From a virus: DNA of 64,000 nucleotides. A program made the translations under genes and the position numbers. Below are positions 48,325 through 55,990 of the stretch, one piece after another. Where the stretch lies: positions 55,655 through 119,654 of the IMG/VR virus record IMGVR_UViG_3300011116_000796, one strand, 5' to 3'. The stretch's first letter is position 1. Every line of letters begins with the position of its first letter. The notes beneath the pieces are model-generated. The model saw nothing but the letters and a program-made list of their open reading frames with translations, was not told the DNA's origin and made no database searches.

Positions 48325-48526
48325 TCTTTCTCACTCCGCTAAGTTGGAGCGTTAGGATTCCATCCCTATGCTCCATACTGATTAGTACATGGTCCCATCC
48401 TTGAGACTTTGCAAGATCAACTTCGATCTTGCATATTCGGTAGAACATCTCAGGCATAAACTCTTTATTGAGTTTGTATGTTGCCTTTCGAATGACTTGT
48501 CTGTTGGGGAGATTTGATTCAGACAT
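48317..48526 (-). CDS. Hypothetical protein
   Basis: 69-aa ORF overlapping the start of the downstream gene. Confidence 0.55.
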   Translation of the reverse strand: MSESNLPNRQVIRKATYKLNKEFMPEMFYRICKIEVDLAKSQGWDHVLISMEHRDGILTLQLSGVRKNG

Positions 48527-48608
48527 GATAGTGTTTATGGTGTGTGTTGTCTAGAGAGTCTTGAAAAGTTTGAACACATTCTTTTATGTCCTCAAGCAAT
48601 TGGAATTC

Positions 48609-48615
48609 ATAAATA
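48609..48615 (+). promoter_or_regulatory. Late promoter before membrane/lipoprotein pair
   Basis: ATAAATA in intergenic gap. Confidence 0.7.
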
Positions 48616-48651
48616 GTTTAGTAGTGTTGGAACCCCTAAGAAAGGTTGAAT

Positions 48652-49089
48652 ATGTTCGCACCTGAACTCATATCATTGATTGGCGGATCCGCCGTTGGAT
48701 TTCTCTTCAAGTTCATGGCGCAGAAAGCGCAAGATCAGAAAGAGATGTTCAATCGCCTCATAGAGGCAAACAAGAGAACAACTGAGAATCAAGATAAGGC
48801 AGCAGAGCGTGTGCCTCTTGATGTGGGCAAGGGGGTCCGTCAGTTGATTGTGCTTTCAGTCCTGTTCGGAACTCTTCTTGCTCCGTTTATTCTCCCATTC
48901 TTTGGTGTACCCACATTCGTTGAAGTGGACACCAATACATCAGAGGCACTGTTTGGATTAGTTCCTGCTACAGCAAAGAAGTATTTTGTTGAAGTGAACG
49001 GATTTGTTTATGCCTCTGAAACACGACAGATTCTTGTAAGTATCGTCGGTTTCTACTTCGGAACCGCAGCAGCAACAAACAGAAGTTAA
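48652..49089 (+). CDS. Membrane protein (about 3 TM segments), late-expressed
   Basis: Hydrophobic segments LISLIGGSAVGFLFKF, LIVLSVLFGTLLAPFILPFFG, ILVSIVGFYFG; ATAAATA box at 48609. Confidence 0.75.
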   Translation: MFAPELISLIGGSAVGFLFKFMAQKAQDQKEMFNRLIEANKRTTENQDKAAERVPLDVGKGVRQLIVLSVLFGTLLAPFILPFFGVPTFVEVDTNTSEALFGLVPATAKKYFVEVNGFVYASETRQILVSIVGFYFGTAAATNRS

Positions 49090-49098
49090 GGAGTTACC

Positions 49099-49497
49099 AT
49101 GAACATCAAACTATTATCGTTTACTGCGCTCCTTTTCCTTGGTGCATGCTGCACGGCTCCCGAAATTGTTCCTGACTCAACAGGCGACTCGGTCATCATG
49201 TTGAGCCTGAAAGAGCAGATCGCAAAGAACAGCAAGATCGATGCGGGTTGGGGATGGATTGCTTGGTATCTGCCTGTAGTAGGTCTTGCGGGGGCTTGGG
49301 CATGGAGAGAACTGATCAAGAAGCCTTTCACATGCGATACATGCGAGTTCGAAAAGAGCAAAGCCGTCAATGCCTACAAGAAGATCAAGGCCAATGAAGA
49401 AAAGGCCAAGGCTGATGCAGCCAAGGCCGATAAGCAAGAAGACGAAAAGAAAGAACAGGATCAACCAACTGATCCTGATCCGAAGCCTAATCCTTGA
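49099..49497 (+). CDS. Putative lipoprotein with additional TM helix
   Basis: Signal peptide ending in lipobox LFLGA-C; Trp-rich TM WGWIAWYLPVVGLAGAWAW; SD AGGAG. Confidence 0.75.
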   Translation: MNIKLLSFTALLFLGACCTAPEIVPDSTGDSVIMLSLKEQIAKNSKIDAGWGWIAWYLPVVGLAGAWAWRELIKKPFTCDTCEFEKSKAVNAYKKIKANEEKAKADAAKADKQEDEKKEQDQPTDPDPKPNP

Positions 49498-49761
49498 TCA
49501 ATTGTAGACAACGGACTGCCATCCGTCTTCGGTGTAATTCTTCCACACCGACCGTGCACTTGACTTGCTCACAGTTGTGGAGTATGTCCACTTGATGACT
49601 CCTGACTTTCCAGATCCAAGAAACAGACTGATGACGGAATCATCGTTCGGAACCTTCACGAACCGAATCCACCCCGCTTTGTCTTTCGACTGAAGCATCG
49701 GATCGCTCTTGGTGAAATCTGCCATCGTGGCAACAGGAAGTTTAGGGGAGTCGTTGTTCAC
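49498..49761 (-). CDS. Hypothetical early protein
   Basis: 87-aa ORF starting at GTG immediately downstream of a perfect sigma70 promoter. Confidence 0.65.
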   Translation of the reverse strand: MNNDSPKLPVATMADFTKSDPMLQSKDKAGWIRFVKVPNDDSVISLFLGSGKSGVIKWTYSTTVSKSSARSVWKNYTEDGWQSVVYN

Positions 49762-49767
49762 GATTCA

Positions 49768-49796
49768 ATTATAAGGTTTGAATCGGTTTCTGTCAA
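49768..49796 (-). promoter_or_regulatory. Consensus sigma70 promoter
   Basis: TTGACA-17 nt-TATAAT on - strand; overlapped by inverted repeat cgattcaa/ttgaatcg. Confidence 0.9.
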
Positions 49797-49803
49797 GGGG
49801 CAT

Positions 49804-50517
49804 TTACGAATTGTCCAATAACTCTTCTGCCTCCTGAATACTGTCCACCTTCCGAATGAACAGAGGAGTACCCTCCCCCACCCATGCTCCAATGGTATTG
49901 GTGTGTAGGTACTCATAAGCCTCGTCAATAGTCATACCGTCACGCTCGACCAGAACGCTTGCACACTTATCAAGATCATATACGATAATTGGCACATTGT
50001 TATCGATCCTAGACCCCACTCCAATGACGCAGTCTTCGAACCCATCCGCCTTCATAGTTCGGGGTTCAGGGCGACTCTGTCTAGCCTCTGGCTTGCCCTC
50101 TGTACCTTCCCCCTCTTGCCACCCGCTCCGATCAGGGATCGTGGAGATCGCCTCCTGGGGGCTTTTCTGATGCATAGTCCAATAACACCTTTCCGCATCC
50201 CTCTTGGTGGTGTATGGGCGGCTGACATTCCCGTTGATATCGGTCCACACCCACCCCATATGGCGGGGACTGTATCGGACCACAGGATCCTTCTCATCAG
50301 GATTCATGCATTGGCGGTCCATAACTTCCATGTGGTTTGCAATAATCTGATCCGCCTCCATCTCACTCGGAAAGTGCTTCGTAATGCGTCTTGCAGCCTC
50401 ACGAACCGCTTTGGGAATTCCCTTACGGATGTAATTTGGGTTGAATGGGCTGAACAGGGAATACATGAAATTTCGGGCGTTATTCATGGCAACAAATTGC
50501 TCGTATGGAAGTGTCAT
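49804..50517 (-). CDS. Two-domain hypothetical protein (BPSL0761-like N-terminus plus conserved phage domain)
   Basis: MTLPYE...ARNF...PK.VR..ARR..KHFP; C-terminal ADGF.D..IG...VYD..K....L...GM..DEA.EY...N..GAWVGE.TP; start placed at the ATG downstream of the promoter. Confidence 0.75.
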   Translation of the reverse strand: MTLPYEQFVAMNNARNFMYSLFSPFNPNYIRKGIPKAVREAARRITKHFPSEMEADQIIANHMEVMDRQCMNPDEKDPVVRYSPRHMGWVWTDINGNVSRPYTTKRDAERCYWTMHQKSPQEAISTIPDRSGWQEGEGTEGKPEARQSRPEPRTMKADGFEDCVIGVGSRIDNNVPIIVYDLDKCASVLVERDGMTIDEAYEYLHTNTIGAWVGEGTPLFIRKVDSIQEAEELLDNS

Positions 50518-50524
50518 AAAAAGT

Positions 50525-50552
50525 ATTATAAGCGTTTTATGTGAGAAGTCAA
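50525..50552 (-). promoter_or_regulatory. Sigma70-type promoter
   Basis: TTGACT-16 nt-TATAAT on - strand, 7 nt before ATG at 50517. Confidence 0.8.
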
Positions 50553-50588
50553 TAAATTTCGAAAAGAAAATTCGGAAAAATAGAAACA

Positions 50589-50595
50589 CTAAATA
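50589..50595 (+). promoter_or_regulatory. Late promoter before 502-aa gene
   Basis: CTAAATA in intergenic gap. Confidence 0.7.
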
Positions 50596-50699
50596 CAGTC
50601 GCTGAAGGTATATCCATACCTTGTCCCTACTTGAATTGTTTCTTTTGGTTGTGGGGCTTCATTATCTGATAGTCAAATCAACTAAAAGGAACTACCCCT

Positions 50700-52208
50700 A
50701 TGGCAAACTTTTACTGGCAAGGACAAAGTATAACCGGAATTGCCAAATTCGATTGGAACACTAAAGAAAATTGGAAGCAAGTTGAATTCAACTCAAGCGG
50801 AACCGGATCAAGTTTTGGTTGGCGGTATGTAACCGCAAACTATGCACCTGGCCCAAATGATGCCGCAATCTTCGGAGCAATTAACGAAGGTGGTGGTGCA
50901 CTTCAGCCACTTAATGCACTTTCGCCGTGCCTATTTGGAGGATATTCAGGAAATGTTGCTTCAGGAAGTTGGTTAGGTGCAGTAATAGAAACTGGAACCA
51001 CTGCACAAAGCAGTCTTATCACTATAGTTACAAACCTATCAAGAGAAACTGGAGGCAACAGATATCCGTTCACATTATTCGGAACCGGTCTGACGGCAGA
51101 AACTCTGAATTATCTGTACACGGCTGAAGGCATTAGTGGTGTATCTGATGCAGACCTTGTCCCGTGGGCAGCAGGATCACTTCCGAACTCCGGACTTACT
51201 AGTGGTGGAGTTTCTGGCGGTCAAGCAATGGTCGCAAGATCAAGATTCCCATTGAAACTAAAAGTTAGTGATTCAATCATGCTGCACCACGATGGAGACA
51301 AGTTGATTAAATTTGTTGGTGTCAAATCACTTGTAGATGTTTATGGGACTACAGGCAACACAAAATATGTAAGGACTAATGTTATCCAAAATGGTAAGGG
51401 AACAGTTTCAATCTCTTCAGGTGTCTATCAGAACATTTACAACAATGGTGTTGGTTCTTCTATGTACTTGACGGGACTTACATGTGGAACTTTCCGTACA
51501 GTTCCAACTTCTGTTTTTGTAGAACCTAATTGCAGATTCAATCGTGTTGAGGTTGGAGGACAATACACCAATCCAATTTGGTTCGGTGGATCATTAGACA
51601 CCGCATCAGTTGTTAATGAACTCGGTATACCAGGATTGGGTACAACAGGTGTTAACCAAGCAGAATTGGAATCTGGAATTGATATTCAACCGATCTATCA
51701 GTGGTGGACTGGTGGTGGTCTGCAAAATCAACCCTACTTTGTATTCGGTATTCCCGGCCCAACTTCACAGCAAGCAGTTGCGAAGAGAATTAGAGTAGCG
51801 TCAGTTGATGGTGGTGCATCAGGATCTTCAACGGGAACCGCTGCTTGGAATTCAACTTGGAATCTGACATTCGGGGGTGGTGCAAGTGCAGCAACCATTG
51901 AAACCACTAGTGCAATTGTCAGAGTCCAAAATTCCATCAACACCGCAACAACTGTGAATATTGGTACCTTGTTCATGGACAAATCATCTGTACTGGATCT
52001 AGCATCAGCAGGAGAATTTGATAATTGGTTCTTTGGATCATTGAGTGGAAACTCGATTCAGGGTGGTATCATTTTCAGAGATGAAAAATCCACGGTCAAA
52101 GGAAGCCAAGGTATCAGACTATTCAATACTCAAGTTGTGCTTGGTAATAGATTTGATGTCCGTGGCGGTAAACCAACAGCAACTCTCTCTGAGGGTGGTA
52201 TGATTTGA
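50700..52208 (+). CDS. Gly/Ser/Thr-rich beta-strand protein, probable late virion/fibre-like protein
   Basis: 502 aa; N-terminal YWQG.....DW....NW and P...D.A.F motif reminiscent of autotransporter/G8-like beta-helix starts; CTAAATA box at 50589; dense G-x-T/S motifs. Confidence 0.75.
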   Translation: MANFYWQGQSITGIAKFDWNTKENWKQVEFNSSGTGSSFGWRYVTANYAPGPNDAAIFGAINEGGGALQPLNALSPCLFGGYSGNVASGSWLGAVIETGTTAQSSLITIVTNLSRETGGNRYPFTLFGTGLTAETLNYLYTAEGISGVSDADLVPWAAGSLPNSGLTSGGVSGGQAMVARSRFPLKLKVSDSIMLHHDGDKLIKFVGVKSLVDVYGTTGNTKYVRTNVIQNGKGTVSISSGVYQNIYNNGVGSSMYLTGLTCGTFRTVPTSVFVEPNCRFNRVEVGGQYTNPIWFGGSLDTASVVNELGIPGLGTTGVNQAELESGIDIQPIYQWWTGGGLQNQPYFVFGIPGPTSQQAVAKRIRVASVDGGASGSSTGTAAWNSTWNLTFGGGASAATIETTSAIVRVQNSINTATTVNIGTLFMDKSSVLDLASAGEFDNWFFGSLSGNSIQGGIIFRDEKSTVKGSQGIRLFNTQVVLGNRFDVRGGKPTATLSEGGMI

Positions 52209-52239
52209 TAGGATACTAGTTGACAGACAATCAGAATTA

Positions 52240-52273
52240 CAGCACCCCCCCCCGAAAGGGGGGGTTGTTGTTT
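52240..52273 (+). terminator. Rho-independent terminator
   Basis: C-run, gaaa loop, G7 stem then ttgttgttt after the 50700 gene. Confidence 0.8.
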
Positions 52274-52275
52274 AT

Positions 52276-52315
52276 AAAGCAAAACCCCCTGCACATTTCC
52301 GGTTGTGCAGGGGGT
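52276..52315 (-). terminator. Rho-independent terminator of candidate ncRNA
   Basis: ACCCCCTGCACA-accggaaa-TGTGCAGGGGGT followed by TTTGCTTT on - strand. Confidence 0.85.
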
Positions 52316-52574
52316 CGCTGAGTTCGCACTCTCTATTATTAAGGCTCTTGACCCTACATGTGCGAAATGCGGGGCTGACTGATGCGGCTGTACATCCGCA
52401 TTTTCGTCGGCACTAAAAGATCGTCCGGACAATCCTTTAATACCGTCAGGTGCCTCTTGACGGACTAGTCCGTCAACGCTTCGTGCCTATTGGCCTATTT
52501 TACTTCGCACGAACGAAGGGGTGTGACTAGCCTTGGCGAACCTCGGCAGGGGCGAACCCTTTTCGTCACACCCC
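52276..52574 (-). ncRNA. Candidate structured non-coding RNA (~300 nt), family unknown
   Basis: Bounded by TTGACG-17-TATACT promoter and an intrinsic terminator; at least six hairpins, two UUCG loops, G-U pairs only on the - strand; no credible ORF. Confidence 0.7.
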
Positions 52575-52575
52575 A

Positions 52576-52604
52576 AGTATATCCCTTTTCCTACCCTCCG
52601 TCAA
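52576..52604 (-). promoter_or_regulatory. Sigma70-type promoter driving candidate ncRNA
   Basis: TTGACG-17 nt-TATACT on - strand. Confidence 0.8.
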
Positions 52605-52641
52605 TACCTAACATCAAAGTTTTTCGACTTTGAGTTATCGG

Positions 52642-53673
52642 TCACTCTACCAAAGCAGGCTCGGATCCCTGCATCTGCTTGGTGAGCAAAGCCATGTCGT
52701 ACTTGTACATGATCTTGGCAAGGAGTTTCATATCCACCTTTGGTTCCCATCCAAGCACACGCTTGGCCTTTGATGGATCGCCAAGAAGGAACGGAACTTC
52801 GTTCGGACGGAAGTACTTGGGGTCAATGACAACATGCTTGTTCCAATCAAGCCCTGCCTCTTCAAAGACTTCGGTCAAGAACTCACGAACGCTGTGAGTC
52901 TTCTGCGTTGCAACCACATAATCATCTCCCTGTGGTTGTTGCAGCATAAGCCACATAGCCTCCACATAGTCCTCTGCATAACCCCAATCACGAAGTGCGT
53001 CAAGGTTTCCAAGGCGCAGTTCAGACTGCAATCCCATCTTGATTCTTGCAGCAGCCATCGTAATCTTACGAGTCACGAATGTCTCACCACGACGAGGACT
53101 TTCATGATTGAAAAGAATGCCTGACGATGCGTGAAGACCATATGCATTTCGATACACACGGGTCATGTGATGAGCATGAAGTTTTGCAACAGCATATGGA
53201 GACACAGGCATCATGATGCTATTCTCGTTATATCCGACCGAAGGATCATAGTCCTTGCTGTCGCCAAACATCTCAGATGAGGATGCCTGATAGAAACGAG
53301 TCTTGGGGCTGAAAGTGCGAATTGCTTCAAGAATCTTTAATGTTCCCGATGCAATACCATCACATGTGTACTCGGGAATCTCAAACGATACCGCAACATG
53401 TGACTGTGCAGCAAGGTTGTAGAATTCATCAGGCTTATGTGTCATGATGACATGAGCGACAGCAGACCCATCAGTCAGATCAAAGTGATGCATCTTAAAT
53501 CTAGGATGATTGAAAAGGTGATCGATTCTTGTCGTACTGATAGATGATGTACGACGCTTGAGACCGATGACCTTATATCCCTTTGCCAAGAGCATGTCGG
53601 CAAGATATGAACCATCTTGACCATTTACGCCCGTGATAACAGCAGTCTTTCCATTCCAAATTTCATCTTGCAT
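52642..53673 (-). CDS. gmd: GDP-mannose 4,6-dehydratase
   Basis: ITGVNGQDGSYLA, YNLAAQSHV..SF..PEYT, FYQASSSEMFG, SPYAVAK, GILFNHESPRRGETFVTRKIT, LGNLDA.RDWG. Confidence 0.97.
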   Translation of the reverse strand: MQDEIWNGKTAVITGVNGQDGSYLADMLLAKGYKVIGLKRRTSSISTTRIDHLFNHPRFKMHHFDLTDGSAVAHVIMTHKPDEFYNLAAQSHVAVSFEIPEYTCDGIASGTLKILEAIRTFSPKTRFYQASSSEMFGDSKDYDPSVGYNENSIMMPVSPYAVAKLHAHHMTRVYRNAYGLHASSGILFNHESPRRGETFVTRKITMAAARIKMGLQSELRLGNLDALRDWGYAEDYVEAMWLMLQQPQGDDYVVATQKTHSVREFLTEVFEEAGLDWNKHVVIDPKYFRPNEVPFLLGDPSKAKRVLGWEPKVDMKLLAKIMYKYDMALLTKQMQGSEPALVE

Positions 53674-53685
53674 TATTTACTCCAT

Positions 53686-54216
53686 TCACGCATTCATTGC
53701 GTAGTTGTCGTAGTATTTATCGCCTTGCTTTGGGTAATTGTAATCAGGCGATGAATTCATGATAATTTTTGCCTGATTGTTGTTCTTCTCTTCTAGTCTG
53801 ACCATTTCCTCCTCCAACGAATAGACCATCTTTTCAAGATGATCAATTTGATTAGAGTAGTCTTCCCTCATAGCAGAGACTTGATCAAACGCCACTCCAA
53901 TGATTCCACTATGGTCCTTTGGAGTCGGAAGAAATCCTGCTTCGGTGAGTTCATCCCAAAGCAAACGAGAATCCTCCTTGTCGAGATGCAAAAATGGTGT
54001 GTCGGGAATGTGTACAGAAACTTTCAATCGATCCTTTTTGAGGATGTTCTTGATGCTGACAGGAACGGGAAAAACAACATTCGATCCCTTTCGAAGTATC
54101 GCAGAGAAGATCGAAACTGTACCTTCAATATCAATAGAGAAAACGACCATGTAGTCAACACGGTCGGTTCTGCTGTTAATGTTATCAGTCCGATAGAGAG
54201 AGTGAATCTTGCTCAT
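53686..54216 (-). CDS. Hypothetical protein
   Basis: 176-aa ORF with SD GAGG; C-terminal coiled coil. Confidence 0.7.
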   Translation of the reverse strand: MSKIHSLYRTDNINSRTDRVDYMVVFSIDIEGTVSIFSAILRKGSNVVFPVPVSIKNILKKDRLKVSVHIPDTPFLHLDKEDSRLLWDELTEAGFLPTPKDHSGIIGVAFDQVSAMREDYSNQIDHLEKMVYSLEEEMVRLEEKNNNQAKIIMNSSPDYNYPKQGDKYYDNYAMNA

Positions 54217-54245
54217 GTTCTAAACCTCACAGTATCGTAGTGCGC

Positions 54246-54560
54246 TTAACTGCGCTCATTCATGAACTTTCCATATGCACCCTCTGGACCGTCGTTGGGA
54301 AAGCGGTCGTGCCTGTCCCAATCTGCTTGACGCAGGGATTCATTCTCAAGCACGACACTTTCGATATGTTCAATCACCTTACGAAACGCTGCTCGTTCCT
54401 TTTCGCTGTATGCTTCCTTGTCATTCACACAGTCATTGAGGAACTTGATCGCATCGAACTTCGCCTTGGGCTTGGGCTTTCGCTTGGGAGTGTCCCAATC
54501 GATGTGCAGTCCACGCTTGAGACCATTTGCGGTGCGAGTGTTACGATAGTTGGATTTCAT
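54246..54560 (-). CDS. Hypothetical protein
   Basis: 104 aa; TAATG coupling to upstream acidic ORF. Confidence 0.7.
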   Translation of the reverse strand: MKSNYRNTRTANGLKRGLHIDWDTPKRKPKPKAKFDAIKFLNDCVNDKEAYSEKERAAFRKVIEHIESVVLENESLRQADWDRHDRFPNDGPEGAYGKFMNERS

Positions 54561-54844
54561 TAGTTGTGTCCTTCATCTTCGTAGTCACTATCGTCATCAT
54601 CTTCACCATCTTCGATGAAGTCATCTTCGTCATCCCAACGATCATCGTAATCATCGGGGTAAAAGACATCGTCATCATTCAACGATTCATCATCACAGAC
54701 TGGCGAGTCACGATCAGCATGCCAATCCCAATTGGCCTGCATGTCATCGTCATCTTCGGAATCGTAGTTGTCAGGATCTCCGCTCATGTCATTGTGGAGA
54801 ACGGAGGCGTAGTGGTCATCAAGATCGTCATAGGGGTTGGTCAT
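54560..54844 (-). CDS. Extremely acidic small protein
   Basis: 94 aa with 35 Asp and 7 Glu, no Lys; SD AGGAG and promoter directly upstream. Confidence 0.75.
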   Translation of the reverse strand: MTNPYDDLDDHYASVLHNDMSGDPDNYDSEDDDDMQANWDWHADRDSPVCDDESLNDDDVFYPDDYDDRWDDEDDFIEDGEDDDDSDYEDEGHN

Positions 54845-54866
54845 GTGGATTACTCCTGTTTCAGAT

Positions 54867-54894
54867 AGTATAACCCCTTCCTCAAATATTTCAA
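54867..54894 (-). promoter_or_regulatory. Sigma70-type promoter
   Basis: TTGAAA-16 nt-TATACT on - strand. Confidence 0.65.
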
Positions 54895-54934
54895 GAGGTA
54901 AACATCACCAAACCAAAGATTTCTTTGGAGGTTA

Positions 54935-55135
54935 TCAGTCTATGTTGGAAACTACCATCCAAGCCCCAAAGGGGTCGGATTTGCGTAGCAATCGTTTAGC
55001 CTTGGTTAAGGCTTCCTCCTGCTTTCGTACTTGGTTGAGTGTGCGCTTCAGAGCCTTCTGAAGCCGTCGAATCTCGTCATTCGCCATTTCGGCGTAGTAA
55101 CCGGACTCTCTAGGGGTCATAGATTCTGCATCCAT
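54935..55135 (-). CDS. Small coiled-coil hypothetical protein
   Basis: 66 aa; SD GGAGG upstream. Confidence 0.65.
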   Translation of the reverse strand: MDAESMTPRESGYYAEMANDEIRRLQKALKRTLNQVRKQEEALTKAKRLLRKSDPFGAWMVVSNID

Positions 55136-55209
55136 TTGAGTACCCTCCCATAGTGTTTATGTAAGAGAGGATTCCCAACACCTAGTATTTTTCATGCATA
55201 CATATTTTC

Positions 55210-55584
55210 ATGGCTATATCCCAAACCGAAACGGCTAGAAGTGCCGTGGAGCAGTTTCTTCTTAGTTATGGGATAGATATCGGATTCTTAATCTCCGGTT
55301 TCTTTGGTGCCCTGCTCCTCGTCCCCAAAAACTCCGCACAGCGTGTTGGATCGACTCTTGCTTCCCTTCTGGCGGGCACAGCCTGTGCCAACTACTTGAC
55401 TCCTGTGGTCATGAGCATGCTTCCAGATGCCGTACAGAGCAACGGAAAGTATGCTGTGGCATTTGTCATGGGGTTTATGGGTTTGAAGGGTCTTGAGATG
55501 GTAATTAATCGATACTTTACGGCGCACGAAAAAAAGCCTACTAAAAGAAAAGTAAAGAGATCAACTAAGACAAAGAGGAAATGA
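55210..55584 (+). CDS. Membrane protein, holin-like
   Basis: About 3 TM segments (LISGFFGALLLV, LASLLAGTACANYLTP, YAVAFVMGFMGL) and a basic C-terminal tail. Confidence 0.65.
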   Translation: MAISQTETARSAVEQFLLSYGIDIGFLISGFFGALLLVPKNSAQRVGSTLASLLAGTACANYLTPVVMSMLPDAVQSNGKYAVAFVMGFMGLKGLEMVINRYFTAHEKKPTKRKVKRSTKTKRK

Positions 55585-55928
55585 ACATGGACTGGTTGAT
55601 GGAAAACAAAGTTTGGTTGAATTTAGCCAGTAATGCAGTTTTGACTATGTCTTTTGCGTCCTTCATCATTTTCGTATTCGGAAGAAGCAATTCAATAATT
55701 CATAAGTTCAGTCTGCCAAAATCATTCGCATTGAAGACAGGACTTTCGATTTGCACAATAGGTGCTTTATACAATGCACTTACATTCAGCGACCCTCCTC
55801 TTTCAGAGGTTATTCTGAACACGGGTCTAGCCACACTATTCACATGGGCCGCACTATTTCACCATGAGCGGTTTGTGAAAAACTCAAGCGTCAAGGTGGC
55901 AAAGAAAAGAAACTTCAAGCGGAAATAA
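55581..55928 (+). CDS. Membrane protein (about 3 TM)
   Basis: Hydrophobic segments with basic C-terminus; ATGA overlap with the upstream holin-like gene. Confidence 0.65.
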   Translation: MNMDWLMENKVWLNLASNAVLTMSFASFIIFVFGRSNSIIHKFSLPKSFALKTGLSICTIGALYNALTFSDPPLSEVILNTGLATLFTWAALFHHERFVKNSSVKVAKKRNFKRK

Positions 55929-55945
55929 GAGAGTAATCAGATACC

Positions 55946-55952
55946 CTAAATA
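55946..55952 (+). promoter_or_regulatory. Late promoter before PEP-CTERM pair
   Basis: CTAAATA in intergenic gap. Confidence 0.7.
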
Positions 55953-55990
55953 CAGGCATCTGATGTGATCTCATTTCATATTGGTTCGTC

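Noticed and set aside
49804-50589. ORF-track start at 50589 (261 aa)
   Set aside because: The extension overlaps the gene's own promoter; ATG at 50517 is the better start
52130-52432. 100-aa ORF on - strand
   Set aside because: TTG start without SD, runs through two terminators and into the convergent gene; better explained as ncRNA
52276-52574. tmRNA interpretation of the structured RNA (5' GGGG, and UAGU-GCC GAC GAA AAU resembling a resume codon, ADEN...)
   Set aside because: No 3' T-arm/acceptor ending in CCA, and the frame does not end in an Ala-Ala-stop tag; order does not fit the permuted two-piece form either
54240-54868. Hydrophobic + strand ORFs (107 and 113 aa)
   Set aside because: Antisense shadows of the - strand genes; reverse-complemented Asp codons give Val/Ile runs
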